Source: an uncultured Nitrospiraceae bacterium
Lineage (GTDB): Bacteria; Nitrospirota; Thermodesulfovibrionia; Thermodesulfovibrionales; Dissulfurispiraceae
Length of the DNA: 64,000 nucleotides
NCBI GenBank assembly: GCA_963727805.1
Contig: CAVSHF010000003.1
Coordinates: 128,001 to 192,000, forward strand
Reading direction: 5' to 3'
Shown here: positions 1 through 9,761 of the stretch, one piece after another
Layout: each line of letters begins with the position of its first letter
Numbering within the stretch: the stretch's first letter is position 1
Notes under the pieces: generated by a model
Told to the model about the DNA's origin: nothing
Databases searched by the model: none
The model's input: only the letters and a program-made list of their open reading frames with translations
Translations under genes and position numbers: made by a program

Positions 1-930
1 ATCCGAATCCGACAGCAGAAGGTGATGCCGTTCGCGAAGCAGCAAAGTCATCTGCTGCATAGCAGAAGGAATCTGGCTGGCAGACCGGGCGGCAGTCAGT
101 ATCTGGTCCACGTTGGTAAACCGGATAGGCTGTGGCGTGTCAGCTTGCTCTGTAGAAGAGGCAACCGGGTAGAGGTTCTGTTGGAGATTGGGATATATCT
201 GATTGAGCGTATTGACCTCGTTGCTGTTCGCAGTATTCGTATTGCTCTGATTGGCAGCGGAAAGCGACGATGCCACCACGCGGTATTTAATTGTTGTCCA
301 AGGCGCTAATAGAATATCGTCCTGATCCATACCCATCATGTTCGCACCCTTTGCACGCAATACACCAACGACCTTGAACGCCACATTCCGAATCCGGATT
401 TCTTTTCCTATGGGGGATTCTTCTCCGAACAACTGTCTTACGATTGTCCGACCGATTATGCAAACTTTATTTACATTGCGGACATCGTGCTCGGTGAACG
501 CTTCACCATTTTCCAGATCAGTCCAGTCCCGAATGTCAAGGAATGCAGGTGTAGTGCCATACAGATAAGTCGGGACATAGTTGCGGTTGCCGAATACCAA
601 CTGTGTCCGGGCACGCACTATAGGTGCCACACTGCGGACAGCGGGGCACTCTTCGACAATCGCATCCGCATCTTGCGGAGTCAAAGTCATTAGGCTGCCA
701 AATCCGAAATTGATGCCGCCGGTATTGGCGGCCCCTGGAATGACCACAAGCGTGTTGGCTCCCATGCTGGCCATGGTACGTTGAATAGCGATGGACGCGC
801 CGTTGCCTATCTCCGTCATCGTGATGACCGCCGCGACACCTATGACTATGCCAAGCGTAGTAAGCATTGTCCGCATGACATTGCGTCTAAGGGCATTGAG
901 GGACGTTTTGAGGATGCCATACCAATTCAT
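1..930 (-). CDS. MacB/FtsX-family ABC transporter permease (runs off the window start; not in the ORF track)
   Basis: Manual translation from ATG at 930: MNWYGILKTSLNALRRNVMRTMLTTLGIVIGVAAVITM...FKVVGVLRAKG...DQDDILLAPWTT, the typical MacB permease N-terminus and periplasmic domain; lies downstream of an ATPase and a MacA-like gene. Confidence 0.92.
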   Translation of the reverse strand, partial: MNWYGILKTSLNALRRNVMRTMLTTLGIVIGVAAVITMTEIGNGASIAIQRTMASMGANTLVVIPGAANTGGINFGFGSLMTLTPQDADAIVEECPAVRSVAPIVRARTQLVFGNRNYVPTYLYGTTPAFLDIRDWTDLENGEAFTEHDVRNVNKVCIIGRTIVRQLFGEESPIGKEIRIRNVAFKVVGVLRAKGANMMGMDQDDILLAPWTTIKYRVVASSLSAANQSNTNTANSNEVNTLNQIYPNLQQNLYPVASSTEQADTPQPIRFTNVDQILTAARSASQIPSAMQQMTLLLRERHHLLLSDSD

Positions 931-947
931 ACGTTATCCCCAGGTTC

Positions 948-1637
948 TCATATACCGAGACTTTGTCCTATCAGTCCGTCCTTGATGTGAACGGTCCGCC
1001 TTGCATGTTGCGCGACGCCCGGATCGTGGGTGACAATGAGGATAGTAATGTCATCGGAGCTGTTAAGCCGTTGCAACATCTGCAAGAGTTCCTCGTTCGT
1101 GCGTGAATCAAGGTTACCAGTGGGCTCATCGGCAAGGAGGACCTGCGGATGGTTGATCAGCGCCCGTGCGATAGCCACCCGTTGCTGCTGGCCGCCTGAT
1201 AGCTGAGACGGTAGGTGATGAAGGCGATCAGCCAAACCCACTTTTTCAAGCAACTCGGCAGCGCGCTGCTTCTTTTGATTCTCAGTGAGGTTCTCCCTTG
1301 CATAGATCAAGGGCATCATGACGTTCTCCAACGCCGTTGTGCGGGGCAGCAGATTGAAAGTTTGGAAGACGAAGCCGATCATGCGGTTTCGTAGCCTTGC
1401 CCGTTCACTCGCATTAAGCTTTGAAATCTCCCTGCCATCTAGCCAGTACACGCCTCCACTTGGGCGGTCCAAGCAGCCGATTATATTCATCAGTGTACTT
1501 TTGCCGGAGCCGCTTGAGCCCATCAATGCCACAAATTCGCCGCGTGATACGTTCAACGACACTCCCATAAGCACTGGCAGGTCGACTTCGCCTAGACGGT
1601 AAGTCTTGCGAATATCGCGCAATTCGATCAGATCCAT
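948..1637 (-). CDS. ABC transporter ATP-binding protein (MacB/LolD-like)
   Basis: Walker A GSSGSGKS, LSGGQQQR signature, LLADEPTGNLD; probable start MDLIEL at 1637. Confidence 0.95.
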   Translation of the reverse strand: MDLIELRDIRKTYRLGEVDLPVLMGVSLNVSRGEFVALMGSSGSGKSTLMNIIGCLDRPSGGVYWLDGREISKLNASERARLRNRMIGFVFQTFNLLPRTTALENVMMPLIYARENLTENQKKQRAAELLEKVGLADRLHHLPSQLSGGQQQRVAIARALINHPQVLLADEPTGNLDSRTNEELLQMLQRLNSSDDITILIVTHDPGVAQHARRTVHIKDGLIGQSLGI

Positions 1638-1644
1638 AACGTTC

Positions 1645-2991
1645 TCAGCGCTTTCCCCGACCCATTTGAGGTGTGAATGGATTCCGTTCCGCTCCGGGAC
1701 CAACCTTGCTTTCAGCCGTCGCTTCTCCGACAACTACCTGTAGTCCTTCGGCCAAATCCCTGTCTTCGACCTCGGTTACTGTGCCGTCAGTCATCCCAAC
1801 GATAACATGAATAGGCTTTACAAATTTGCCTTGCTCTACCCAAATAGTCCCTCTGATATGCGTCGCGCTGTCATCGCCATGCACTCTTTCCCTCTCTGAC
1901 CCCGATGGCCCGGCATGAGTGCGGTCTTTGTGCTTGGCTTCCGGTGAGATCTGGCTTGGTAGAGGGGACCAGCGCAACGCTGCATTTGGAACTAGCAGTA
2001 CGCCGTCCCTGCGGCCGATCTTGAACTTTGCATTGGCGGTCAGGTAGGGCAACAATTTACCATCCTCGTTTTTTGTGTTAACCTCAACAGTATACGTAAC
2101 AACATTCTGCGTCATAGTAGCGTTAAGTCTGATCTTGCCGACCTGTCCATGGAATACCCGGTTAGGCAACGCGTCCACAGTAAAAGTCACAGGCTGCTCT
2201 ATCGAAATGAAGCCGATATCGGCTTCATTAACCGAAAGCCAAACCTGAATGTGCTTTAAGTCTTTCGCAATAAGAAACAGGCTCGTGGCAGACATACTCG
2301 ATACAACAGTCTGGCCAATATTTACTCGCCGGTCAATAATCACACCTCTGACCGGCGACTTGATGGTACAGTAACCCAGGTTCACCTGCGCACTGTCGAG
2401 GCCTGCCTTCGCTTGCTCCACTGATGCCTTCGTTTGCTCTACTGATGCCTCAGCGGCTGCCAGATTGGCCTTGCCGACCTCATAATTGGCCTGATATTGG
2501 TCATAAGCGCTTTTCGCCAGCGCTTCGGATGGTCCGAGTCTCTGAGCCCTGTCCCAGTCTTGCTGTGCCTGGAGTAATTTCGCCTTCATCTGTAGAACAT
2601 TCGCATCTGCGCTGATCTTGTTGGCCTTTGCCTGCTGCAACTGAGCTCTGGCAGCTTTTACAGTAGCCGCATAAAGCGAGTCATCGATTTTCGCCAAGAC
2701 TGTGCCGGCTTCAACAGGTGAACCGTAATCGATCATCTTCTCATATTTGTCTTTACCAAAGGTGCTAATAATGCCAGAAATCTGTGCGCCTACATCCACC
2801 ACTTCCTCCGGTTCAACTGTCCCCGTTGCGCTGATAGTGGCCTCAAGGTTCCCCCGTTTAACCGCTACCGTGCTAAAATTCGGCGATTTGTCACCTTTGG
2901 TGCTAAACCACCACGCACCCGCACTGATCATGGATAGTACTATAGCTATAAGAATTACGGTTCGAATTGTTAGTCGCATGCGCATATGCAT
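1645..2991 (-). CDS. Efflux periplasmic adaptor / membrane fusion protein (MacA-like)
   Basis: N-terminal TM, ATGTVEP..VDVGAQISG, coiled coil, IKSPVRGVII, VPNAALR. Confidence 0.93.
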   Translation of the reverse strand: MHMRMRLTIRTVILIAIVLSMISAGAWWFSTKGDKSPNFSTVAVKRGNLEATISATGTVEPEEVVDVGAQISGIISTFGKDKYEKMIDYGSPVEAGTVLAKIDDSLYAATVKAARAQLQQAKANKISADANVLQMKAKLLQAQQDWDRAQRLGPSEALAKSAYDQYQANYEVGKANLAAAEASVEQTKASVEQAKAGLDSAQVNLGYCTIKSPVRGVIIDRRVNIGQTVVSSMSATSLFLIAKDLKHIQVWLSVNEADIGFISIEQPVTFTVDALPNRVFHGQVGKIRLNATMTQNVVTYTVEVNTKNEDGKLLPYLTANAKFKIGRRDGVLLVPNAALRWSPLPSQISPEAKHKDRTHAGPSGSERERVHGDDSATHIRGTIWVEQGKFVKPIHVIVGMTDGTVTEVEDRDLAEGLQVVVGEATAESKVGPGAERNPFTPQMGRGKR

Positions 2992-3562
2992 AGTAACAAG
3001 ACGTCAGAGAAAGGATAAAGGTTACAACCGGCGAGAAAAACATGTTTTAAGAAAGTACACAAGGTTGTCACAGGTGAACGTTGTTTGAGTTGAGACTAGA
3101 TTGATGATGAAAAAGAATATGCTGATCTATTGCGTTTGCGGCGGCCAGTTGGCAGGATGACATGTTCTTACTTCTACCTTGGCATGATTCTGTTTGCTAT
3201 TGTAATATATCTTGGAATTAAGGGAATAGGAAGGTCTATGTGAAAAGAGGCAAGCCGTAAGATACGTTATTTTCAAGAGGAAGACAATCGGTTACTGCCG
3301 GTGCGAGGTATCGCGCCGAATCAACGACACTAATAACGGCATGAAATTACAAAAATCAAAGCCGCGATAAAAAACGATTCTGAACGACTGATTCGAGAAA
3401 CTACGCCGGTGATTGCCAGTTAACACAAAGCGTCCTTCCAGTATTGGGCGCACTCTTGATTTTAAGGAGTAGTAAATTCTACTACTCCTTTTTTGGAGCA
3501 TAACTAGATATTCTGATATTCTCCAATGACTGGTTAATAAGATGAAGGGCTGAAAGGAGAGG

Positions 3563-4003
3563 ATGATGACTAAGAGTGAACAAGCGGTTTCGCTATTTAT
3601 GGAAGGCTATAACTGTGCGCAGTCAGTTCTGTTCTCTTTTTGTGATGATTTGAAGATAGACAAGGACAAAGCTTTAAAAATAGCGTGCGGATTTGGAGCA
3701 GGCATGGGTAGGAAAGAGGAAGTTTGTGGTGCCGTGACTGGTGGGATAATTGTAATTGGAGCTAAATATGGCAGGGGAGAGAATGATGATCGATCTAGCA
3801 CAGAAAGGACCTATGCAAAAACAAGAGAACTCATGGACCAATTTGCTGAGAGACATGGCACCTTCATTTGCCGTAAATTGTTGAACGGTTGTGAGTTAAC
3901 GACAGAAGAAGGTTATAAACAGTTTAAAGATAACGACCTCATTAACAAGACATGTAAACTATGCGTTCAAAGCGTGGTTGAGATTCTTGAAGGTATTATG
4001 TAA
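3563..4003 (+). CDS. C-GCAxxG-C-C family putative redox protein
   Basis: YNCAQS, GFGAGMG, VCGAVTG, C..C motifs; RBS GGAGAGG. Confidence 0.9.
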   Translation: MMTKSEQAVSLFMEGYNCAQSVLFSFCDDLKIDKDKALKIACGFGAGMGRKEEVCGAVTGGIIVIGAKYGRGENDDRSSTERTYAKTRELMDQFAERHGTFICRKLLNGCELTTEEGYKQFKDNDLINKTCKLCVQSVVEILEGIM

Positions 4004-4385
4004 TAGGGATCATTAAAAAAAATGCACGAAACGGCTTTTATCTTACAACTACATATTATTGGAGATGGCCGTTCTGAATATGATGCAGTGTACAAACAGA
4101 ATTCCTCAGGTGGCTGCTCTCAAGTCTACCAAGTAATCGTTCGTGGACTCAGTATCGCAAATTTGATAATTGCCAATTGAACTATTATAAACGCATTGAG
4201 TCTTTTTCAACACAAGGGAATAAAAAAAGTATTAATATATTCTTTGTTAGAAAAATTGGGTCGCAAGTTATATGCCGACCCGATTTTGATTTATTGAGCA
4301 ATTGCCCTGAATGCCATTCTAGAGCCTTGAATTTCAAGAGGGATGTCAGATTATTCTCTGCACCCTTAGGACTTCAGTGCCCTGA

Positions 4386-4985
4386 CTACTGTACCTTGTA
4401 CTCCTTCAAGATCACGCCATTGCCCTTGATGATAGTTTTTGCTGCTGGAGCGTACCAATAGGTTTTGTTTGCATATGTACTAGCCGTAACCCCTTTCGCA
4501 TTAGTTCCACGTGTGCATTCAACTTTATAAGCCCAGAAAGTTCCTGCCGGCACCGTGATTTGTTCGTAGGCTTCCACATGGTACTTCGCCGTCATCGGCC
4601 AGGACTTAGCATATAGTATGCCTTCATAGTCGTAACTCCAAGACTTGCCAACCTTTAAAGGGAATTGCAAGATAGGGCCGGGGAATCCTTTCGACTTGCC
4701 CGTAATAAGGGTAAGAAACTTATCCTTCTTAAAGGGAGTCGATCCGTTCTTGAGAAAATTATAGACATCTCCCTCCTGCGAAACGAAGGTTATGCGGAAG
4801 TCTGCTGCTGCTTCAGCATTGTCATCCTGGGCCTGCTCACCTTGATCTTTCATGAAGACCCAGTAGTCGCCAGCCGCGTATTTCGGCTGATCAGCTATTG
4901 GAGCTGGAGAGTCAGCTGCTTTCAAGGTGTTCCATGGGGAAAAAACTGTCAGAATGAGGGTGAAAAGAACGATGACTTTCTTCAT
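4386..4985 (-). CDS. Secreted hypothetical protein with an ITVPAGTF beta-rich domain
   Basis: Signal peptide MKKVIVLF...LKA; EQITVPAGTFWAYKV...YWYAP motif; RBS AAGGAG. Confidence 0.75.
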   Translation of the reverse strand: MKKVIVLFTLILTVFSPWNTLKAADSPAPIADQPKYAAGDYWVFMKDQGEQAQDDNAEAAADFRITFVSQEGDVYNFLKNGSTPFKKDKFLTLITGKSKGFPGPILQFPLKVGKSWSYDYEGILYAKSWPMTAKYHVEAYEQITVPAGTFWAYKVECTRGTNAKGVTASTYANKTYWYAPAAKTIIKGNGVILKEYKVQ

Positions 4986-5299
4986 TTTAAACTCCTTGCT
5001 GTTTGATTCTGACCTAATAATCCCAGAATACTCATTCTGGATTAATTACTTCGGTTTAGTGGTCACCCAAAATGTACAAACACGATTGCTCAAATGCTAC
5101 CATAACGATATCATTATTACAACTTTTTATGTTACCAAAGCCATGCCAGAATGCCCCGCGCCTTGGCGCGTGGGATGAATGGCATCCTTGCCGGAGGGTT
5201 ATAAGGGGGACTGGAAGTTCCCCTTATCCTCTGAGGTTCTGGCGTAGTCCAGAACCTACACAGCGGTCTTCCGCTGTGTTATAGATGCCCCGTGGCTAG

Positions 5300-6982
5300 C
5301 AGGCTGTCCGACAATTATCGAAATTAGAGACAAATGACGGATGCCTCGCCATCCTGAAAACATAACGGGGCTATCTGCTTTATACATAGTATCTCCAGCA
5401 AAAGCTTCCTTGGCGTATGGCAGTAGTTGCCCTCTTTCGGAGGCTTTCCTCTTCCCTTCAGGCATTCCCATATCTTTTTCAGATTTACTGCCGTACAGGC
5501 AAGGTTAAATTCCGACCTTACCGAATTAATTCCTCTCGTCAGAAATGTTCGCAATCCTTTGTTCTCCTTGATATCGCCGATCACAGGTTCAACAATCTGT
5601 TGTCTAAGCTTATATATATATCTTGCTGCAGGCGTTTTCATTTTTTCAGTCATCGCATTGCAGTGAACTTCGTGAGGGAACACCTTCAGAGAGCGTATGC
5701 CGTCCTTCTGTTTGGTACACAGTCGCTGATGCTCACATCCCAAGCATCTCTGACCACGATAGACTCTCACCATCTTGTCCCTCTGTCTGTCAAAATGTTC
5801 GCCCAAGAATGTTAGCGGGTGATCAGCAGGACAAATATACTCATCCCTTTGTTTATTGTATGTAAAGTTCTTCTTGTCGTATGGGTTGTTTGCCCGCGTC
5901 CCACTATTGTCAGGCATGTATGCATCTATCTTCCTGTCCGATAGAAATGCAATGTTCTCACCGCTAAAATATCCAGAATCAAAACTCCAAATAATACTAT
6001 CAGCAATTCCGCCAAGATTCTCTGTGGTTTGTATAACCTGAGGTTGCAACTGGCTGACATCTGCAGCATTCTGCCCCACGTCACTAGCCAAAATGAACCC
6101 ACCCTTATCCACTGTCACCTGAGGATTATAAGAAAGCTCTATCCTGCCTTTCTTATTTTTCATAAAACGACTATCAGGATCTGTCGTGCTTACCTGCTTT
6201 AGCCCTTCCTCATTAACTTTGTCTTGAGCTCCTTGAAGACCTTCTCTGAGTCGACCTATAAAAACATGCCCTTCTTCTTTAGCCCTCTTAACATAGTACT
6301 GTGCAGCTTTCTGAACAAGTTTTTTGCCCTGCCGGGACAGTTGGTCGCTACCCCGTAGTTCACCGAACTGCCGATCCTCACTCTCATCAATCTCTGCCCA
6401 CTCCTGAAGCTCACCATCGACAAAGCTTCTCAGAACCGCCAACTCCTCTTTTGTTAATACTCGCCTGTTTGATGCATTTGCCTTCACTTTGGTTCCATCT
6501 GTCGACAGATGCGACAAATCCAACAATCCTTCCTCTTTGGCAAAACTAACTGTGTGCTTGAAGACTTCCTTTAGTAGATCAGGGTTGTTCTTTCTGAAAT
6601 CGCTGATAGTCCTGAAGTCAGGAGTCAGCTTCTCCGCCAAATATATATACACCACGTTCTCTCTGGCATTGCGTGCCAGTCGACGAGATGAGCGCACCCT
6701 GTCCAGAACTCCCATGATCAGCAACTTCACCAGCATTTTTGGATGATATGCCGGATGTCCGGCACCTGAATAGCGGATATCGAAGCAACCATAATCCAGG
6801 GAGTCAACCAATCCTTCAATGAGAAAACAAATATGATCTTCGGGTATCATATCTTCTAAACTCGGCGGCAGTAGCCAGGATTGCCCTCCATACGACTCAA
6901 TGTATGCCATCGGGTGTACTCCTTGATATCGTTCTTAAATATATTCTACCACCGGATAACTTGATAATTGTCGGACAGCCTG
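5300..6982 (-). mobile_element. IS1182-family insertion sequence
   Basis: Perfect 20-bp terminal inverted repeats CAGGCTGTCCGACAATTATC (5300-5319 / 6963-6982) and a 4-bp CTAG target duplication (5296-5299 / 6983-6986). Confidence 0.93.
5324..6910 (-). CDS. IS1182-family DDE transposase
   Basis: LLPPSLEDMIPEDH, PAYHP, PDFRTISDFR, DGTKVKANAS, TTDPDSRFM, DSGY, R..IVEPVIG.IK motifs. Confidence 0.95.
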   Translation of the reverse strand: MAYIESYGGQSWLLPPSLEDMIPEDHICFLIEGLVDSLDYGCFDIRYSGAGHPAYHPKMLVKLLIMGVLDRVRSSRRLARNARENVVYIYLAEKLTPDFRTISDFRKNNPDLLKEVFKHTVSFAKEEGLLDLSHLSTDGTKVKANASNRRVLTKEELAVLRSFVDGELQEWAEIDESEDRQFGELRGSDQLSRQGKKLVQKAAQYYVKRAKEEGHVFIGRLREGLQGAQDKVNEEGLKQVSTTDPDSRFMKNKKGRIELSYNPQVTVDKGGFILASDVGQNAADVSQLQPQVIQTTENLGGIADSIIWSFDSGYFSGENIAFLSDRKIDAYMPDNSGTRANNPYDKKNFTYNKQRDEYICPADHPLTFLGEHFDRQRDKMVRVYRGQRCLGCEHQRLCTKQKDGIRSLKVFPHEVHCNAMTEKMKTPAARYIYKLRQQIVEPVIGDIKENKGLRTFLTRGINSVRSEFNLACTAVNLKKIWECLKGRGKPPKEGNYCHTPRKLLLEILCIKQIAPLCFQDGEASVICL

Positions 6983-7246
6983 CTAGCCACGGGGAGTGTC
7001 ACTTGGTCGCCCATCATTTGTAGGTCTACAATGTCGGAGGTGTTATCCTTCGAAGGGTTAACAGTTGCCGTTACAAACGTCGTGCAATAAGCCTTATCTC
7101 TTAAATGCGCATTATAAGTACCAGACATCCTGATTTTGAGTGTTACTTTCGGACACTAACGTCCAGGCTGAGTTGCCCAAGGTGTTGTATCAGCTGCACA
7201 TAGCATTATCAGATTCTCCCTGGAACAGGACTGCTCTTTTCGGTTA

Positions 7247-7642
7247 TCATCCCTTCATAAGATATTCACGCCAGGGCTTCCAATAGTATTTTTTCCATCC
7301 GAGCTTTACATCCTCGTAGTCATGGTCAGCAACGTTAACATGCACAAGTTCTATGCGGCCCTCATTCCCCGCAGGCCAAAAGCTAAGAACCAGTATGGAA
7401 TCAATATCTTCATGCTTCCAGTGAGCTGCACGCCATGATTGTACAATCAGATGTTTCGACACGACATGAAGCATCTTACCCTCAATCATCCCATCAAAAG
7501 CATTAAATGGTGAACCGGGCCTCGAACTTACCATTACTTTACCGCCAGTAAAAGCCTCATGAAGTTTCGAATCAAGGTACATGTCAAAAAGTCTTTCATA
7601 GGAAGCAGGTAGAGTCACAGACTGTTTGATTGTCGATGGCAT
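7247..7642 (-). CDS. SRPBCC/AHSA1-like domain protein
   Basis: IKQSVTLPAS..LFDMYLD..H..FTG, IVQSWR, LVHVNV, GWKKYYWKPW. Confidence 0.88.
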   Translation of the reverse strand: MPSTIKQSVTLPASYERLFDMYLDSKLHEAFTGGKVMVSSRPGSPFNAFDGMIEGKMLHVVSKHLIVQSWRAAHWKHEDIDSILVLSFWPAGNEGRIELVHVNVADHDYEDVKLGWKKYYWKPWREYLMKG

Positions 7643-8139
7643 TATTTTTTCTCCAAAATATGTAAGTCCAATTTTAGCTTCTTGGATTTTCGCCCATGGC
7701 GATAAAGTCTTTTCCGGTGCAAATAAAGTCTACAGAATTTCTGGGGAGGTTTCAAGTAAGAAACGATTTCGGATTGATGTAAGAGGTAATCTTTTCAGAG
7801 AGAACTTTCTCTGGTAGCACTCAATTATGTATGCCAGCAACAGACAAGATCTCACAGCAATCATCGCGGGAGAGTATACTGAATACACTGATGGGTAAAA
7901 ATGGAATTACTCATGGGTCGACTCTGGCTTCCACCAAATGTTCACCGCCGCGTGGGACTCTCGCCGACTATTTATTGCCGTTACAAATCGACATTATTCG
8001 GATAGCAGAAGGCGCCGATAGAGAGGGGAATCCTTCCTGTAACGTTCATGCCGGCGATTTGCTATAATCTGCTTAGTACCATCATTAATTTATAAGCCTT
8101 TCAAAGCGACAAAGAGGACATCGCAGATGGAAACAGTGG

Positions 8140-8556
8140 ATGACCGCAAAACGGAGTTTTTTCATGATTAGAGCCTGGGGTATCGGGTTCATGATATTGT
8201 TTATTGCAGATACGATGGTAGCCGTAGCTACTCTAATCAATTTTCATCCACGAGTTTTAATGCTTCTCGTGCGGATATCGCCTCTTGTTGCATCATTTGT
8301 AGCAGCTTATCTTGCCCCGCGCAATAAATTTCTCCTTGGAATGTCATTGGCAATCCCTACGGCCATTTTGGGTCTTGTGGTGACTATTGTATACCAATTA
8401 TTTGGCAAGGCAGTAGACTTCGCTGGCTTTGACGGGGGATTAATCCTTCTTTCAGTGTCACTGGCTTATGGCTTTATACTTTGTTCATTGGGTGGCGTAG
8501 CTGGTTACTTTATGGCTAGCATAATCGCAATAGTGAGAAAGAATAAAGGTGATTAA
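8140..8556 (+). CDS. Hypothetical 4-TM membrane protein
   Basis: Four hydrophobic segments in a 138-aa ORF. Confidence 0.6.
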   Translation: MTAKRSFFMIRAWGIGFMILFIADTMVAVATLINFHPRVLMLLVRISPLVASFVAAYLAPRNKFLLGMSLAIPTAILGLVVTIVYQLFGKAVDFAGFDGGLILLSVSLAYGFILCSLGGVAGYFMASIIAIVRKNKGD

Positions 8557-8659
8557 AAAGTTTAAATCTCTTGTATACATACGACATTGCAAAAAGGAGC
8601 CCAAAATCAAAACAGCCCATCTGTCTGCTATCGGATAATTATAGAATCGTTAAGATCAG

Positions 8660-9519
8660 TTACGCTGGGTTAACCCGCCCATTATGATGTTTTACTCTCA
8701 CAAAATCAATTGAAGAATCCTTCGATGCTTGCCAAACATTATAAGATATAAAAGGGAGAAAGATCGGCTAACTCACCGCCGAAGTAATGGCACCGGTAGG
8801 GCATTTTAGCTCACAAGTAAGACATAGAAGGCAACTACGTCCCCATCTTGGCAGTCCATTATTTCTCTCTCTAATATTGTGGGTGGGGCACAATTTACTA
8901 CAAAGTCCACAAGAATTACATTTTTTTTGCTTACATTAAATAACCGACTGTAAATTTGCTCAATCATCCACCGATTGGTCAAAAAACGCTCCAGACGGTA
9001 GATAAAAGGAGCAGGTTTATCAGTTGTAGGAGGATCGCCCTTCATGGCAGTAAGGTTATCGACTATTCTTTCCCCAAAAGTTACTGCCTCAGTTAGTTCT
9101 TTCTCCGTCGGATGTTTTGTAGAGAAAAGATATCCTCGTTGAAGATAGCCCAAAAAATAATTGGCGCCATAGCAACTAAGGTAGCCAAGTTCTTGTGCAC
9201 CCTTCTGAAGCATCGATCGCCGAATGCGGTCACCCGCGTCAAAAGAATATGTTCCATGCAGTAAAAAAACAAAAAACTTCTGACCATTCAAGCTGGGTAA
9301 GCTCTCGATGTAATCCCTTACTATAGAAGGAGGACGAAAATAATATACGGGCGACCCTATGCCCAATAAGTCATATTTCGTAACATCGATTGATGTGCGG
9401 TCCATCAAATTGATGAGATCAACCTGGCATTGTTTTGCTTCAAGACCGGCGGCAATTTGTTTAGCTACCAGGGCAGTTGTTCCTCCCTGCTAGAAATAGA
9501 CGATAGCGATGTTTGGCAT
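8660..9519 (-). pseudogene. EFR1-family flavodoxin/ferredoxin fusion, disrupted
   Basis: MPNIAIVYF*QGGTT (TAG at 9490-9492); flavodoxin GSPVYY motif; frameshift in the T8 run (8921-8928) restores CNSCGLCSKLCP..CLLCLTCELKCP; second TAG at 8768-8770, frame then continues to TAA at 8660. Confidence 0.85.
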
Positions 9520-9761
9520 CTTAATTTTCCTTTCCTACGTCTTTGGCGTTTGATGGGCTAAAAAGAAGATGGGGTATTGATGCCCCACACTACTGTTCAA
9601 AGTCATTGTCTCGTGTTAATTCAAAAATCTCCTTCAGATGATTTAGACTTATTAGAACATCATACGACTTATATACATACAAGTATCACAGAACGAGTTG
9701 TCAGTCAAGCATAAACATGTGCGTCCAGTTTTCTCTGTCCGAAGATTTTGACTGTTCATTT

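Larger units (their letters stand above)
5136..7002 (+). mobile_element. Non-autonomous IS200/IS605-derived mini-element (~180 bp without the IS1182 inserted in it)
   Basis: Left end TTAC|CAAAG...AATG-CCCCGCGCC-TT-GGCGCG-T-GGG resembles the IS608 left-end layout; reconstructed right end GATG-CCCCGTGG-CTAG-CCACGGGG-AGTG-TCAC| ending at 7002. Confidence 0.7.

Noticed and set aside
7155..7185. CTAACGTCCAGGCTGAG resembles the left half of an integron attC site
   Set aside because: No matching GTTRRRY half-site, cassette array or integrase
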